A DNA stretch of 63,344 nucleotides, filler included. It is 11 parts of 11 records of this genome, joined end to end, with 100 filler letters (N's around TTAATTAATTAA, not from the genome) between each part and the next. Parts side by side here need not be neighbours in the genome. Positions count along the whole stretch, not along the records: positions 15,541 to 23,475 come from SRR7504441_4105; positions 23,576 to 26,705 come from SRR7504441_4107; positions 26,806 to 30,427 come from SRR7504441_4114; positions 30,528 to 34,502 come from SRR7504441_4115; 7 more parts are not named here. The stretch is one strand, 5' to 3'. The notes under the pieces were generated by a model that was not told where the DNA came from, ran no database searches, and was given only the letters and a program-made list of their open reading frames with translations. A program made the translations under genes and the position numbers. This document shows, one piece after another, positions 23,323 through 34,602 of this stretch (the first letter of the stretch is position 1; every line of letters starts with the position of its first letter).

Positions 23323-23475
23323 TCAGAACAGCCCAGCCCTATCCACCGCGGCATCCATCCGCGCCATCCAGTCCCGTCGAAACTCTGAGTTGCAGAGCCC
23401 GGCCGTCGCGTTCATGATCCCGTCCACCCACTCCACCCCGTCCACCCGCTCGCGCTCGGGCACCACAGGCCGACC
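23323..23475 (-). CDS. C-terminal fragment of an unknown protein
   Basis: Open frame RPVVPERERVDGVEWVDGIMNATAGLCNSEFRRDWMARMDAAVDRAGLF* from the contig end, with coding-like GC. Confidence 0.5.
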   Translation of the reverse strand, partial: GRPVVPERERVDGVEWVDGIMNATAGLCNSEFRRDWMARMDAAVDRAGLF

Positions 23476-23575
23476 NNNNNNNNNNNNNNNNNNNNNNNNN
23501 NNNNNNNNNNNNNNNNNNNTTAATTAATTAANNNNNNNNNNNNNNNNNNNNNNNNNNNNNNNNNNNNNNNNNNNN

Positions 23576-26500
23576 GAGCAGCTCTTCAGCAATTCCCAAC
23601 AGCACCTGGCTGACACCAACTTTCACATCAAGTCGGTGTGCAGCTGGCGCCGAAGGTTTTTCCATAGGAAACGTAGGACGTGCACCTGCTGCAATCATTT
23701 CTGTTGACTTCGGTCTCTTCTTCAGATACAAATCCCAATCGACTGGCACCACTGCAAGTTTGGCACAGGCCTTGGCAAAAAGAACTTTTGACAGAGCATT
23801 CTCGACCATGTCACAGTTCACAGCAGAAAGGCCAATACGCTGTAGCTTGGAGTCTGCTTGAGTGCGTGCACCCATTCCGACTTGCGACACTGCACCCCAC
23901 TGGATCGAATGGGCATTGATCCCATTAGCTCGTGCATAGTGTACGGCTGCATCAATTGCAGCGTTTGCAGCGGAATAGTTTGTTTGTCCAGCACCTCCAA
24001 AGGTGCTTGCAATCGAAGAGAAGACCACAAAATGCTGGATGGAATTCTTTGGCATGGCCTTCAAAAGGTTGAAGGCTCCAACCACCTTCGGATCCCAAAC
24101 CTTTTTAATACGGCTTTTTGTTTGGTTGCGTAGAATAGCATCATCCAGCGTGCCTGCAGCATGAATGATCCCCGTCACTGCAGGCCAGGACTGGCTTGCA
24201 GCTGTAGACATTGCCATGCGGACCTCGTCTGAATTTCCAACATCTCCACATGGCCTGGCAATCTTCACATCCAGTGATTGCAGGTGCTTCCAGTGATCTT
24301 CTGAACCAGCAGGTACCTTTCCGCTTCGCGACATGAGGATCAAGTGCTTGACACCTTGCTGCACAAGCCAGCAAGCTGTGACTAAACCAAGCCCACCGGT
24401 CCCACCGGTGACTAAATAGGTTCCTTCGAGCTTTTGAGCTGGTATGTCCTGTTTCATAAGTGGTGACGGAATCACCCTGTGAACAAAACGCGTTTGATCG
24501 TATATGCATACCTCTGACTCATGCCCAACTCCACCTCGATTTGATGCAGCTTCGTGAAGAACCATTTCTGCCTCAGCTTTCCCCTGCCTATCAATATCAA
24601 CACACTTGAGCGCGATCCCAGGATGCTCTAGCGCCACAGCTCGTGCAAAGCCCCAAAGGCCGGCATGCTGCGGCCGACTCACTGCCTGTGGGCCTTCAAC
24701 CGGCTGTGTCCCGGATGTTAGAAAGACAATGGGTGGTGGTGATTTATGGATTGATGTGAGCGCCTGGGTCATGCGAAGTGCCGCATCCAAAATGTCTACT
24801 TGGTCCTTTGAACTGTCAAGAGCAGTTAAGAACAGAATTCCATCCCAGTCACGTTTGGCCAAGAGTGCCTCCATTGGAGGCATCTCATCTGAAATCGGCT
24901 CGGGCATGCACTTTGCAAACACAAAATCCCCTCTGCACATCTTAATGGACAGGTTGAGAGATACTTTAGGACTGGTAATCACAAGCCAACGCTGGCTGTT
25001 ACGAGGGGCCTGGCACAGCTGTAGGTCCAATCTTTGCCAATTGGTTTCAAAAAGCCAGGGCAACTCTGAGCGTATCGCAATGGCTGTCTTTTGCTTGCTC
25101 TGCAGCTGCTGGTTCTGGTTGGTTTCATCACGGTCAAAGGCATCTGGAGGCGCCCATGCATATGACATACGGCCATATTCCCACTCCACAGTCGAGATGA
25201 GCTTGTCACACACCAATCCAGGGTCAGAGTTAACAGCTTCTTCCAGCATCACGTGGCTGTTTGTGCCTCCAAAACCGAAGGAAGATACTCCTGCAACCAG
25301 CGGGCCATCAGCACACAGGGGAAATGATGCTCCACATGGAAGACCAACAGGAAAGCCTTGAAGATCAAATGACTCGTTTATGGTCCTCAGGTGAGGCACT
25401 GGCAGTGCACGACGATGAACTATCGAGAGCACGGCCTTAGCCAGTCCAGTGATCCCAGCAGCACCTTCCAAATGCCCAACATTTGGTTTTGCCGATCCGA
25501 GAACCAGTGGGCTGGGCATCTTCCGCCCGTTGGCAAATACTTCTCGCAGCGCTGTGAACTCGATCACGTCTCCCAATGAGGTGCCAGTTCCATGCGCCTC
25601 AATGCTCGAGACCTCGTTTGGTTGCACATTCGCCATTTTATGCGCCCTCCTGATCACTGCCTGCTGTGCGGGACCATTAGGAGCAGTGAGAGTTTGACTG
25701 GCGCCGTCTTGGTTGACAGCAGACCCTGTTGCAAACGTGATGACTGCGCTGCATGTCACCTTGGCTGCAGAGTATATCTGGAGCGCTGCGGCACAGCAGC
25801 CTTCTCCTCGGACGTAACCATCAGCAGAGTTATCAAAGGTTGCATTTCGACCGGTTGGTGATAGCATGTTTGCTTTTGAGAGAGCCACAAACATATAAGG
25901 CGAGAGGCAGAGATTCACTCCTGCAACCAGTGACGTTGAACACGAATCGTCCTTCAGATATTTGATTGACGCATCCAGACCAACGAGCGATGCAGAGCAC
26001 GCCGTGTCCACTGTCATCGAGGGCCCTTTCAGACCGAGTACATATGAGACCCGGTTTGAGTGAATTGCTGCAGAGCATCCAGAATTGCCTGTTGCAGACA
26101 CGCCAGTTATCCTCTGATGCTGTGTTACAAGGCACCAGTCGTTTGAGCACACTCCAACAAACACACCCACATCGTCACCCATGAGTGACTTCCTCGTGAA
26201 ACCAGCACAATTCAATGCAACATAGGACATTTCAAGGAGCATTCGCTGCTTTGGGTCCATAGCAAGTGCTTCCGCTTTCGCAACCTTGAAAAATTTCGCA
26301 GCAAAAAGATCTGCATCCTCGACCCAGCACCCAGCATTAGTGTAGCACTTGCCCCGAGCCATTTTGTTCTCAGAATAATACAGCGTCTTGTCCCAGCGTG
26401 AAGCTGGTACGTCTTTTGCAGTGCAGATACTGTTGTCTAACAAGCCCCAGAACTGTGCCGCCATACCAATGTTATTTGGAAGTTGACACGACATTCCAAT

Positions 26501-26705
26501 GATTGCAATAGGTTGGTCTGACGATGGACTTGTTGAATCAATCATAGGGTTTGCAGTGGCTGCAGTCAAGGCACTGAGCTGAGAGGCTGCGACCACATTG
26601 CTTTCTGATGCTGACGCAGAACCGGTAGCTTTGATGCCACGGCCCTCTAGGTAGCCTGCTATTTCTTGTACTGTCGGATAATCAAATACCAGAGATGCAG
26701 GTAGC
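23576..26705 (-). CDS. Internal fragment of a modular type I polyketide synthase: (ACP end)-KS-KR-(ACP start), no AT
   Basis: LVFDYPT ACP tail; KS with DTACSASL, EAHGTGT, GHLEGAAG, SFGFGGTN; KR with GGTGGLG, HAAGTLDD, YSAAN. Open across the whole contig, no introns. Confidence 0.93.
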
Positions 26706-26805
26706 NNNNNNNNNNNNNNNNNNNNNNNNNNNNNNNNNNNNNNNNNNNNTTAATTAATTAANNNNNNNNNNNNNNNNNNNNNNNNNNNNNNNNNNNNNNN
26801 NNNNN

Positions 26806-27889
26806 CTTTGATATTCGACCAAGACAACTTCCTCTGCTTCAAAGTCAACAGCGACTGCTTGGCAATCAACAGTGTGAACTCTGCAAACCGGTCCCCATCT
26901 TTCACACTCTTGCTTGACGTCGTTGAGTATGTCGACGAGCTCGTCTGGGTCCTCATCGATGCTGACAGTATTGTGCAGCATCAGCACTCTTGTTGGGAAC
27001 AGCAGTCGCTCTGCCAGCCCACTAGTGGGCATCTTTTCTGCCTTGAAAAACGGATGGGCTGCTGATTCGCCAGCCGAGGGACGCTTCTCAGCCACAGGAG
27101 AGAGCATATGGCAGATCAGTCGGCCAAAAAGATCATCCCTGCTAGCCGCCCATGCGCCAGCCCCACGGCTTCCCAGCCACTTGCCCGCCACCAATTCAGC
27201 CAGAACCACTCCGAGACAAAACACGTCAGCTGCAGCTCCAGGCGCGGCGGCTCCCAGGGGCTCCCCCACCTTGATCTGGGCATTCCACTGCTCGGCCTCA
27301 GGCGGGGCGTAGCCATGCGAAAAACAGGGCTGGCCGACGGGCCCGACCTCTAGTCGGAAGCTAAATCCGAAATCGACCATGCGAACCGCCCGACGTTGCG
27401 GATCCCAGCACAGGTTGGCTGGCTTGATGTCGCCGTGGCACCAACCCTGGCTGTGCAGCTCGCCCAGGTCCGTCAGCAGTTGCCAGCCAATCCGCTGGGC
27501 TGCCCCGAGCGAGAGCCCGCCGGTGGCGGCCAGCATCAACCGTATCACCTCACTGAGCGGCACCCCGAGCAGCTCGAGCAGCACGAACAGACGCCCGCCG
27601 CGCTCGAGTAGCCCGAGCATCCCAGGCGCAGCCCGCAGCCCCGCGATCTGCCGCAGCACCAACGCCTCGCGCACCCCCTGCTGGTAGTAAGCGGCCCCGG
27701 TGCGGTAGGCTTTGACGGCGCAGCTCGGGTGCTGGTCCGAGCTCGCTGCCCACACGGTCGCCGCCACGCCCTGGCCTATCCGTCTGAGCCCCCTGAAGCC
27801 GCATTGCTCCAGGCAGGCCGCCTCTTCCGACTCGAGAGCAGGCAACCCTGAGCAGTCCACACAAGCTCCCCCCCTCCAGCCCTGGCCAT
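26806..27889 (-). CDS. UHMK1: UHMK1/KIS-like Ser/Thr kinase with C-terminal UHM domain (3' truncated, start uncertain)
   Basis: IGQGVAATV, HGDIKPANLCW, DFGFSF, YAPPEAE, then LLFPTRVLMLHN...DILNDVKQECERWGPV...VLVEY. The ATG at 27889 is one base out of frame across a G7 run. Confidence 0.72.
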
Positions 27890-27949
27890 GGGCAGCGCAG
27901 CTTAGGCCAGCGCAAGTCGGACGGAGGGCAGTCAGCTGCTCAGCTCGCT

Positions 27950-30427
27950 ATGTCCGCAAGCGATGCGGTGCGCTCCTCAGCGGTGCTCTCACCGATGTTG
28001 TGGTGGGCAGCACGGTGCGCGAGTCTACCGCTGTTTGATTTCCAAGGGCGTGGCGTACCGTGCGACCCTCAACTTCGCAGACAAAGTGCGCTGCCCTGGG
28101 GCCTGGCTAAGCTCCTTGCAGTGCGGCGCCGGCCCAGTCGAGCCGCAGTGTGTGGTGGCCTCCGAGCTGACTCAGGGCCCAGACGCGGTGTGGCTCTGGT
28201 GTCAGTCGGGCAAGGGCTTCCTGCCACTCACCTCAGCCAAGGTGCGCCCACCCGGCCCAGTGACTCGACCGCCGGCCAGGGTGAGGTCCGTTGCTTCGAG
28301 CTGCTCGGGCCGGCGGCGAGCATGGACCTGTCCGGCCTGCAGTTTGCCAACTCGAAGCTCTACGGCGCTGCCAGCATTCCAGGTGCGGCGGTGCTGCAGC
28401 CGGGGAGCTGACTGGATTGCGCCAGAGGGTCCGCCGATGCCAGCCGATTGCAAGTTTGGCAGGAGAGTTTATCGCAGGCGACCCGAAGCCACCGGGCTGA
28501 GCTATTACTCTGGGCCGTCTTTCGATGCCAAGGTCAAAGTAGGGCTGGGCCAGCTCTGACCGACACACAGATTGCTGTGCATCCATCTGGCGTACCTCCT
28601 TTTGTGCTAGCGATTGGATTGCAGCCTGGTAAGTCCCGAGGTGACTGGGCTGCAATTGAGCTTCCTGTTTCAGGTCCAGGCGCTCTGTTCATCCAGTGTA
28701 ACTCGGGCAGGGGCTGGATCCCACTCAGTTTAAATCAGGTAGACCGGCGTGCTGGCCGCGACCAAGCTGCTGGGCAGACCCAGCTGTTTGATTACATTGG
28801 ACCGGCCGACAAGCTACAGCTGGAGCACTTTGACTTTGGCCAGCTGCACAACCCCCCACCGGCCCTGCCAGCACAAGCCGCCCAGAGCCGGATGAGTGCA
28901 ACCATCGAGCCCCCCAAGCAAGTTAAGCCAGAACCGGTGCGACCCGTCCAGCAAGTATTGCACAGGGAGGCAGCACGCCAAAAGAACGAAGTGCAGGGAA
29001 TGCAAATGCAGATAGACGCACTTCGGAAGGAGCGGGATGATGCAATGCTATCACTGCAGCTGAAGGACAACGATAGTTCGAAAGAGGCTCAACAGAAAGC
29101 AGCACTGGAGTTGTTGGAGGCACAGCAAGCACTCAGGCTGGTTAGTGACGAGCGGAACAAGTTGATCGTCAAACTCGAGACTCTGAAGGTCTCAACATCA
29201 TCTGACTCCGAATTGGAAGAGGCAATTGTCAACACCTGCGAGCAAGCCCTTGTCAGTTGCTTGCAAGCAGATGCTGAGCAGGGCTGGGAGGTAATAAAAC
29301 CCCCAGCAGGAGCAGGCGAATATTCAGTGAAAGTGAAAGAGAGTGGCAAATCGATAGTCCTGAAAGTAGAGTGTACCATGAACGCATCGCGTCAGCAGAT
29401 CATCGACACATTGCGGCAGGGCAGGGGTGGACCTAAAAACACATCGGTGCAAGTTGTCAAGAAACTCTCCAACACCACATCCTTGTTACACATTGAAGCA
29501 AGTCTACCTTTAATCAAGACACGTGATTTTGTATGTGGTCAGTGGATCAATGAGGGTACAGAGCCCACAGCTAAGGTTGTGTATTGTTCAATTCCGTCCG
29601 AATTGAGTGAATCTCTGAAGCCTCCCACTTCGAAATGCGTTCGTGGAATGATTGTATTCCAATGCATGTTTGTAACGCCTATGGCTGGGGACAGCAACCA
29701 ATCGTCTATAAAGTGGCTTTCCTGTGTAGACCCAACAGGTCACAACGCAGCCTTTTCATTTATCTTGGCTGCTCACTGAGGAGAATGCTGTGCAGGCAAT
29801 GTTTCTGGTGTAAAAACTATGACTGCAAACGAAGCCATCAAAACAATGACAGCACTGCAAAAAGCTGCAGTGGGTACGGTCAACGCAGAGGAAGCAATAG
29901 AGCAACTGCTGAAATCAAAGCAGGAAAATCAGTGGCTCCAGGGGCAACAAGAGCGACTTCAGTTGTTAGTTGGTCCTGGACAAATGAGCAACCTGCAGGA
30001 CGAAATGGATCAGTTTGAAGTTGACCGTTCTATGCTAGAGGATCTGCTCTCTGCTGAAGAGGCAGCCCGAAAGCAGCTTTTGGAGAGCGAAAAGAAAGCC
30101 AAGCTAGTCAGTGCGCAGCTTGCTGAAATGGAGGGAAAACTCGCTTCTATGTCTCCACAGCACGAAACAGGAGATGTGACAAAAACGCAGGCAGAAAACT
30201 CTGAAAATGAAGAAAACGAAGACATATACGCCAGGAAGAAGGAACTGTATAAATCAGAGCAAGAAATACTCGAGCGCGAGAAACAGCTTGAATATGCAAG
30301 GGAAAAATCAGACATAGCAGAAAAGGAGCTTGAACTGCAGGTGAGGGAGAAACAATTGGCCCAGAAAGAACGGCAACTGAGGAGGCTCGGTGCCACTCAT
30401 GGTACAGGACTGAATCAGCTCCAGGCG
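27950..30427 (+). CDS. Protein with two N-terminal SH3-like repeats, coiled coil, START-like domain and coiled coil (3' truncated)
   Basis: About 8 introns; START motifs QGWEV, PLIKTRDFV, KCVRG and VDPTGNV (after a 57-nt intron). Confidence 0.72.
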
Positions 30428-30813
30428 NNNNNNNNNNNNNNNNNNNNNNNNNNNNNNNNNNNNNNNNNNNNTTAATTAATTAANNNNNNNNNNNNNNNNN
30501 NNNNNNNNNNNNNNNNNNNNNNNNNNNGTTGTCTATCCGAGAACTCGACAACGGACTCACGCCGGACCTGCGGATTTTCCGATTTAAGTGGATTGAGTGA
30601 GGAATGAGTAGGCAAGTGGCCGGTCCGATCTTCTCCAATGTAGCGAGTACCCCGAATCCCCGATAGATAAATTTTATACGATCGGGATATGATCGCGAGA
30701 AATCACGAGTAGGCGCGACTGGCGCGTAAATATTATCGGCATGTACTTGTATTAATTGTTGCCTCGTTTGTCTTAGTAAAGCACAAACAAGAAATCATGG
30801 TAATATCAGCAGG

Positions 30814-32543
30814 TCACAAGTTGGCTTTAGTGTGTGCATAAGTCTTGCGGAGTTCGGCTTTCAGAATCTTTCCTGCGCCCGAGACGGGCAGCCCGTGTTT
30901 CAGCACAATCACCCTTCGAGGGACCTTGAACCCAGCAATTCTCTCACGGCAGTGCTTGACTAGAGCGTCGGTATCAAACTCGGCATCTGGCTGTCTGGGC
31001 GCCACCACCTGACCCAAGCAGACCATGGTCATTTGAGCAGCCAGGGTAGCTTAATAAGAGGCCACCGCAGTGACGATTTGGCCATACTTTGGATCCGGCG
31101 TGCCAATCACAGCAACCATCGCAACCGGAGCGAAGCTCGCGACTGCTGCCTCTACCTGGACCCCCAGATGGACTCGGCGTCTCGAACGGGCACCTCGGCG
31201 GAATAGACGTTCTCGCCGCCGGTGATGATCATATCTTTGATCCGATCGACCAAGAACACGAAACCGTCCTCGTCCATCTTCCCAGCGTCACCCGTGTGCA
31301 TCCAGCCACCCCGGAGCGTCTCAGCAGTCAGCTCAGGCAGCCGCCAGTACCCCTGCACTCCCGAATATGACTACTCGCCGAGAGGTGGCTACCTTCATCA
31401 CGTGCGGTCCTCGGGTCACGATCTCCCCCACCTGGCCTCGTACCAACTCGTTGTCCTGCTTGTCGACCACTTTGACCTCCACCCACGGCACAGCCACCCC
31501 TACGGACGACATGCGGGGGTTGCCGGCCGTGTGGTGCTCGGCAGTTAGCATCGTTATCGCCGGAGAAGTCTCAGTCATCCCGTATCCCTGAATGAACGCC
31601 GCGTTGGGGAATTTAGCCATGGCTGGCTTCAGGAGCGCCATCGGCATCGGGGCCGCACCTGGCACCAGCTAAGCCGGGCCGGGCTGGGTCCCGCACCGTA
31701 CATGATAACCGAGAGTGAGCTGCAGTCAAACTGGTTTGCTGTGTCAGTGGCGAGCATCATCTGGATCATCACAGGCACCATCATCGCCTTGTTCACCTTG
31801 TGAGACGCTATCGCGGCCAGCATCGGCTTCGGGTCAAACTTGCGTATAAACACGTGCGTGCCGCCTGCTAGCGTGATGGCAAATGTGGACGCGCCGTCTG
31901 CTAGATGAAACATTGGAGCCGAGTGAAGGTATTTGCTCTTCGTGTCATAGTGGAGCATTGCCACGTGGCCGAGCGCGTTAAACACCACGTTGGCGTGCGT
32001 GAGCTCCACGCCCTTGGGCTTGCCGGTGGTGCCACCGGTGTAGAAGAGGCCGAACGTGTCCTCGCCCCCCCGCATCGCGTCGGCGGCCGGCGCAGTCCCG
32101 GCGACCAGAGGCTCGTAGCCTTCGCATCCGGCGGGGGCCGGTCCGTCTTCAGCATAAATCACGCTCCGCAGAGAGGGCACCTGGTCCCTGACCGCCGCGG
32201 CCAGCTGTGCGAAGGCTTGGTCCACCATCAGCACCGAGCACTGGGCGTCGCGCAGGATCTCAACGATCTCGGGGGCGGCCAGCCTGATGTTGAGCGGGAG
32301 CACCACCCCGCCGGCCCACGGCGTTGCGTACAGCGCCTCGAAGTAACGGTCCGAGTTGAGCATCAGGAGGGCCACACGGCCAGCCGCGGGCAGCCTGAGC
32401 TGCAGCGCGCCGGCAAGTCTCGAGACCCGGGCTTCCAGCTCGCGATAGGTCCGAGTCCGGCCTGTGGGCGCATCGACGGTGGCCACCGCGTCCGGCGAGA
32501 GCTGCGCCCCCCGGTGCACTGCGGCGGTGACGAATGGGGGCAT
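30814..32543 (-). CDS. Long-chain acyl-CoA ligase (FadD-like), 5 exons, possible PTS1 (-ANL)
   Basis: YTGGTTGKPKG, GYGMTE, GWMHTGD, DRIKDMIITGGENVYSAEVE and GKILK motifs; introns of 38, 40, 38 and 57 nt. Confidence 0.9.
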
Positions 32544-32636
32544 CCTTCAGGCTTGCGGGAGATCCCGCACGGCCGTTGTCGATCAAGGCGCTCCACGGCT
32601 GGCTGAGGCGCTGAGCGTCTATCAGGGGAAGACCGG

Positions 32637-33317
32637 ATGACCCAGCACAGGAACCGCGGGGACGGGCCGTTGCACGTGGCGGCGCACAACGGCCAACTGG
32701 AGATGGTGCGGCTGCTGGTGCGAGAGGGGCTGTCCTTCCAAGTAGGTTACCTGGATAAGCCGTCGTCCAGTGACGGGGCCACGGCATTGATGCGGGCGTG
32801 TGAGGGCAACCCGGACGCGACCGCCCCGGGGGGGATGCTCGATTGTGCTAAGGTGCTCGTGGAGAACGGCTGCGATATCAACCAGGTCAATTTCGCAGGG
32901 CACACTGCGCTGCACGTAGCCTTTCACTATCGGCAGACCGAGATAGCAGACTACCTGCTCCAGACCGGCCGGCTGTCTAGCTCAGAGTGCGAGGGGGGGC
33001 GGTGCAAGCGGTGCCAGCTCAATCTCAAAATCAGGCTGCGCGAGATGCGGAATGTGGAGGCGCGACAGCAGGCGGAGGAGGCCGAGCGACGAGAGGCCGA
33101 GCGTCGGGCGGAGGAGCGGAAGGCACTGGAGGAGGAGATGGACCAACTGGACTTTGAGACCGAGCTGGCCGCGCTCAAGGCTGACCTGGGCTCCAGTAAT
33201 CTGGGCTCCGGTAATGCGACGGGCGCCGGGCTGCGGGCCAGCGCCCCCGGGGAGAGCAGCGGGGGTGGGGCAAAGCCCCGGAGTAGGGGTAAGCGGGGCA
33301 AAAAGAAGAAAAGGTAG
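32637..33317 (+). CDS. Ankyrin-repeat protein with coiled coil and basic tail
   Basis: GDGPLHVAA, GATALMRAC and GHTALHVA repeats; a C..C..C stretch; K/R-rich C-terminus. Confidence 0.82.
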   Translation: MTQHRNRGDGPLHVAAHNGQLEMVRLLVREGLSFQVGYLDKPSSSDGATALMRACEGNPDATAPGGMLDCAKVLVENGCDINQVNFAGHTALHVAFHYRQTEIADYLLQTGRLSSSECEGGRCKRCQLNLKIRLREMRNVEARQQAEEAERREAERRAEERKALEEEMDQLDFETELAALKADLGSSNLGSGNATGAGLRASAPGESSGGGAKPRSRGKRGKKKKR

Positions 33318-33536
33318 GGGTCTGTGTATGATATCAGTGTCGTTGTGGAGGAGCTGTGCACGCATGCATGCACTCCGAAGTGACCAATCGTGATTACAAT
33401 GATTGATCATCGATGTACTCGTCTCCGTTGTTCCGTGAAATCATCTTTATAGAGCCCAACGCTAAAGCCTAAGAGGCCGGTTCGTAACAGACCCTTATCT
33501 AGTACAACTTGAACGCGCTCTAGTTACGCGCTTTCA

Positions 33537-34080
33537 TCATCGTTTAGTGACTAGCTTTATCCCGCCCCGCAGCGCGCCTTCCAACGCATCTGCCCCCGCC
33601 TCACCCAGGCTGGACCGCCCGGCCCACCCATCACCACCACCACGCAGGCCTCGAGCCCCGTGGCCTCCCCCATCACCGCCAGCTCCCCCATCTCGAGCTC
33701 AATCTCCCCGGCCTGCGCGCCCCAACCCGCCGACCCCCGCAGCGCTTGCACCCGCCACCGTATCAGCTTGTACACCCTGCCCAGCCGCTAGCCGCCCGGC
33801 CGGCCGCCCGGCCGTGTCCACCGCTGCTGCGCGGCGCTCAGCCGGTCCAGCTCTTGCTGCTGCTGCTCCAGCTGTCGCCGGCCTGCCTCGGCCCGTCGCT
33901 CGGCTGCGCCCAGCGCCTGCCTCAGCCGCTGCCCCCCCCCGCTAAAGAGCAGCCGGCATGCGCGAGTACCTGGATAGTTGAGAGCGCCTGGTACAGCCCG
34001 ACGGCCGCCACCGCCGCCGCTAGCCACGCCACCCTGACCAGCGGAGATCGCTGCAGGAACCCTTGGACCAGCGTGTCCAT
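33537..34080 (-). CDS. Small protein with N-terminal TM segment and coiled coil, about 5 exons
   Basis: MDTLVQGFLQRSPLVRVAWLAAAVAAVGLYQAL; 38-45 nt GT-AG introns join the three overlapping ORFs, ending DALEGALRGGIKLVTKR*. Confidence 0.55.
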
Positions 34081-34230
34081 CTTCCGTTGGGCTTGGGCGT
34101 GGATTCCGATTGGAGACCTCTGTTCATGATGGCTGAGCCATCGTGATGTCTTAAAGTACGCATCATTATTTAATACGAGCACTCCGCATGCAACCAGTTA
34201 CTTAGGCTTTGCAAGTTTGCGCTACGGCGC

Positions 34231-34264
34231 TGTGTGTGTGTGTGTGTGTGTGTGGGGGGGGGGG
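34231..34264. repeat. (TG)12 microsatellite followed by a G run
   Basis: Directly visible in the sequence. Confidence 0.95.
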
Positions 34265-34279
34265 TCCTGCACATCCGGA

Positions 34280-34502
34280 TCATTGCACTACGCACCCTTG
34301 TATAGCAAGCGTGTCAGATGCTGTGTCTTTTAGCACTTTGAGTGATGATCCGACCTTTTTGCAAGCTTTTGATTGCATCTTGACCGTACAGCGCCACCAA
34401 TCATCTTTCTTGAATGGATCCATTTCTATAATCGACGGGCATCGTCGCTTGGTTGTTTGAATCGATATGTCATCAACCAAGGAGCATGCAAGCTTGTCGT
34501 AC
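34280..34502 (-). CDS. Possible C-terminal fragment of an unknown protein
   Basis: Frame open from the contig end to a stop at 34280; no recognisable motif. Confidence 0.35.
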
Positions 34503-34602
34503 NNNNNNNNNNNNNNNNNNNNNNNNNNNNNNNNNNNNNNNNNNNNTTAATTAATTAANNNNNNNNNNNNNNNNNNNNNNNNNNNNNNNNNNNNNNNNNN
34601 NN

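Noticed and set aside
11131-26705. Amidinotransferase plus PKS as a cylindrospermopsin- or saxitoxin-like cluster
   Set aside because: They lie on different contigs separated by linkers, no NRPS or SxtA-type domains are seen, and the amidinotransferase has a mitochondrial-type presequence.
23576-26705. PKS contig as bacterial contamination because of lower GC and no introns
   Set aside because: Not supported on composition alone, since distal parts of host genes look similar and several host genes lack introns. It cannot be fully excluded without coverage data.
31653-31697. Introner-type mobile introns (GGTGCGG repeated at both junctions of an acyl-CoA ligase intron; shared ctgagtgctggtc(c)ag ends at 57595-57629 and 58958-58994)
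   Set aside because: Introns are not similar over their length and lack shared terminal inverted repeats; the matches are explained by G|GT proto-splice context and the branch-to-AG motif.
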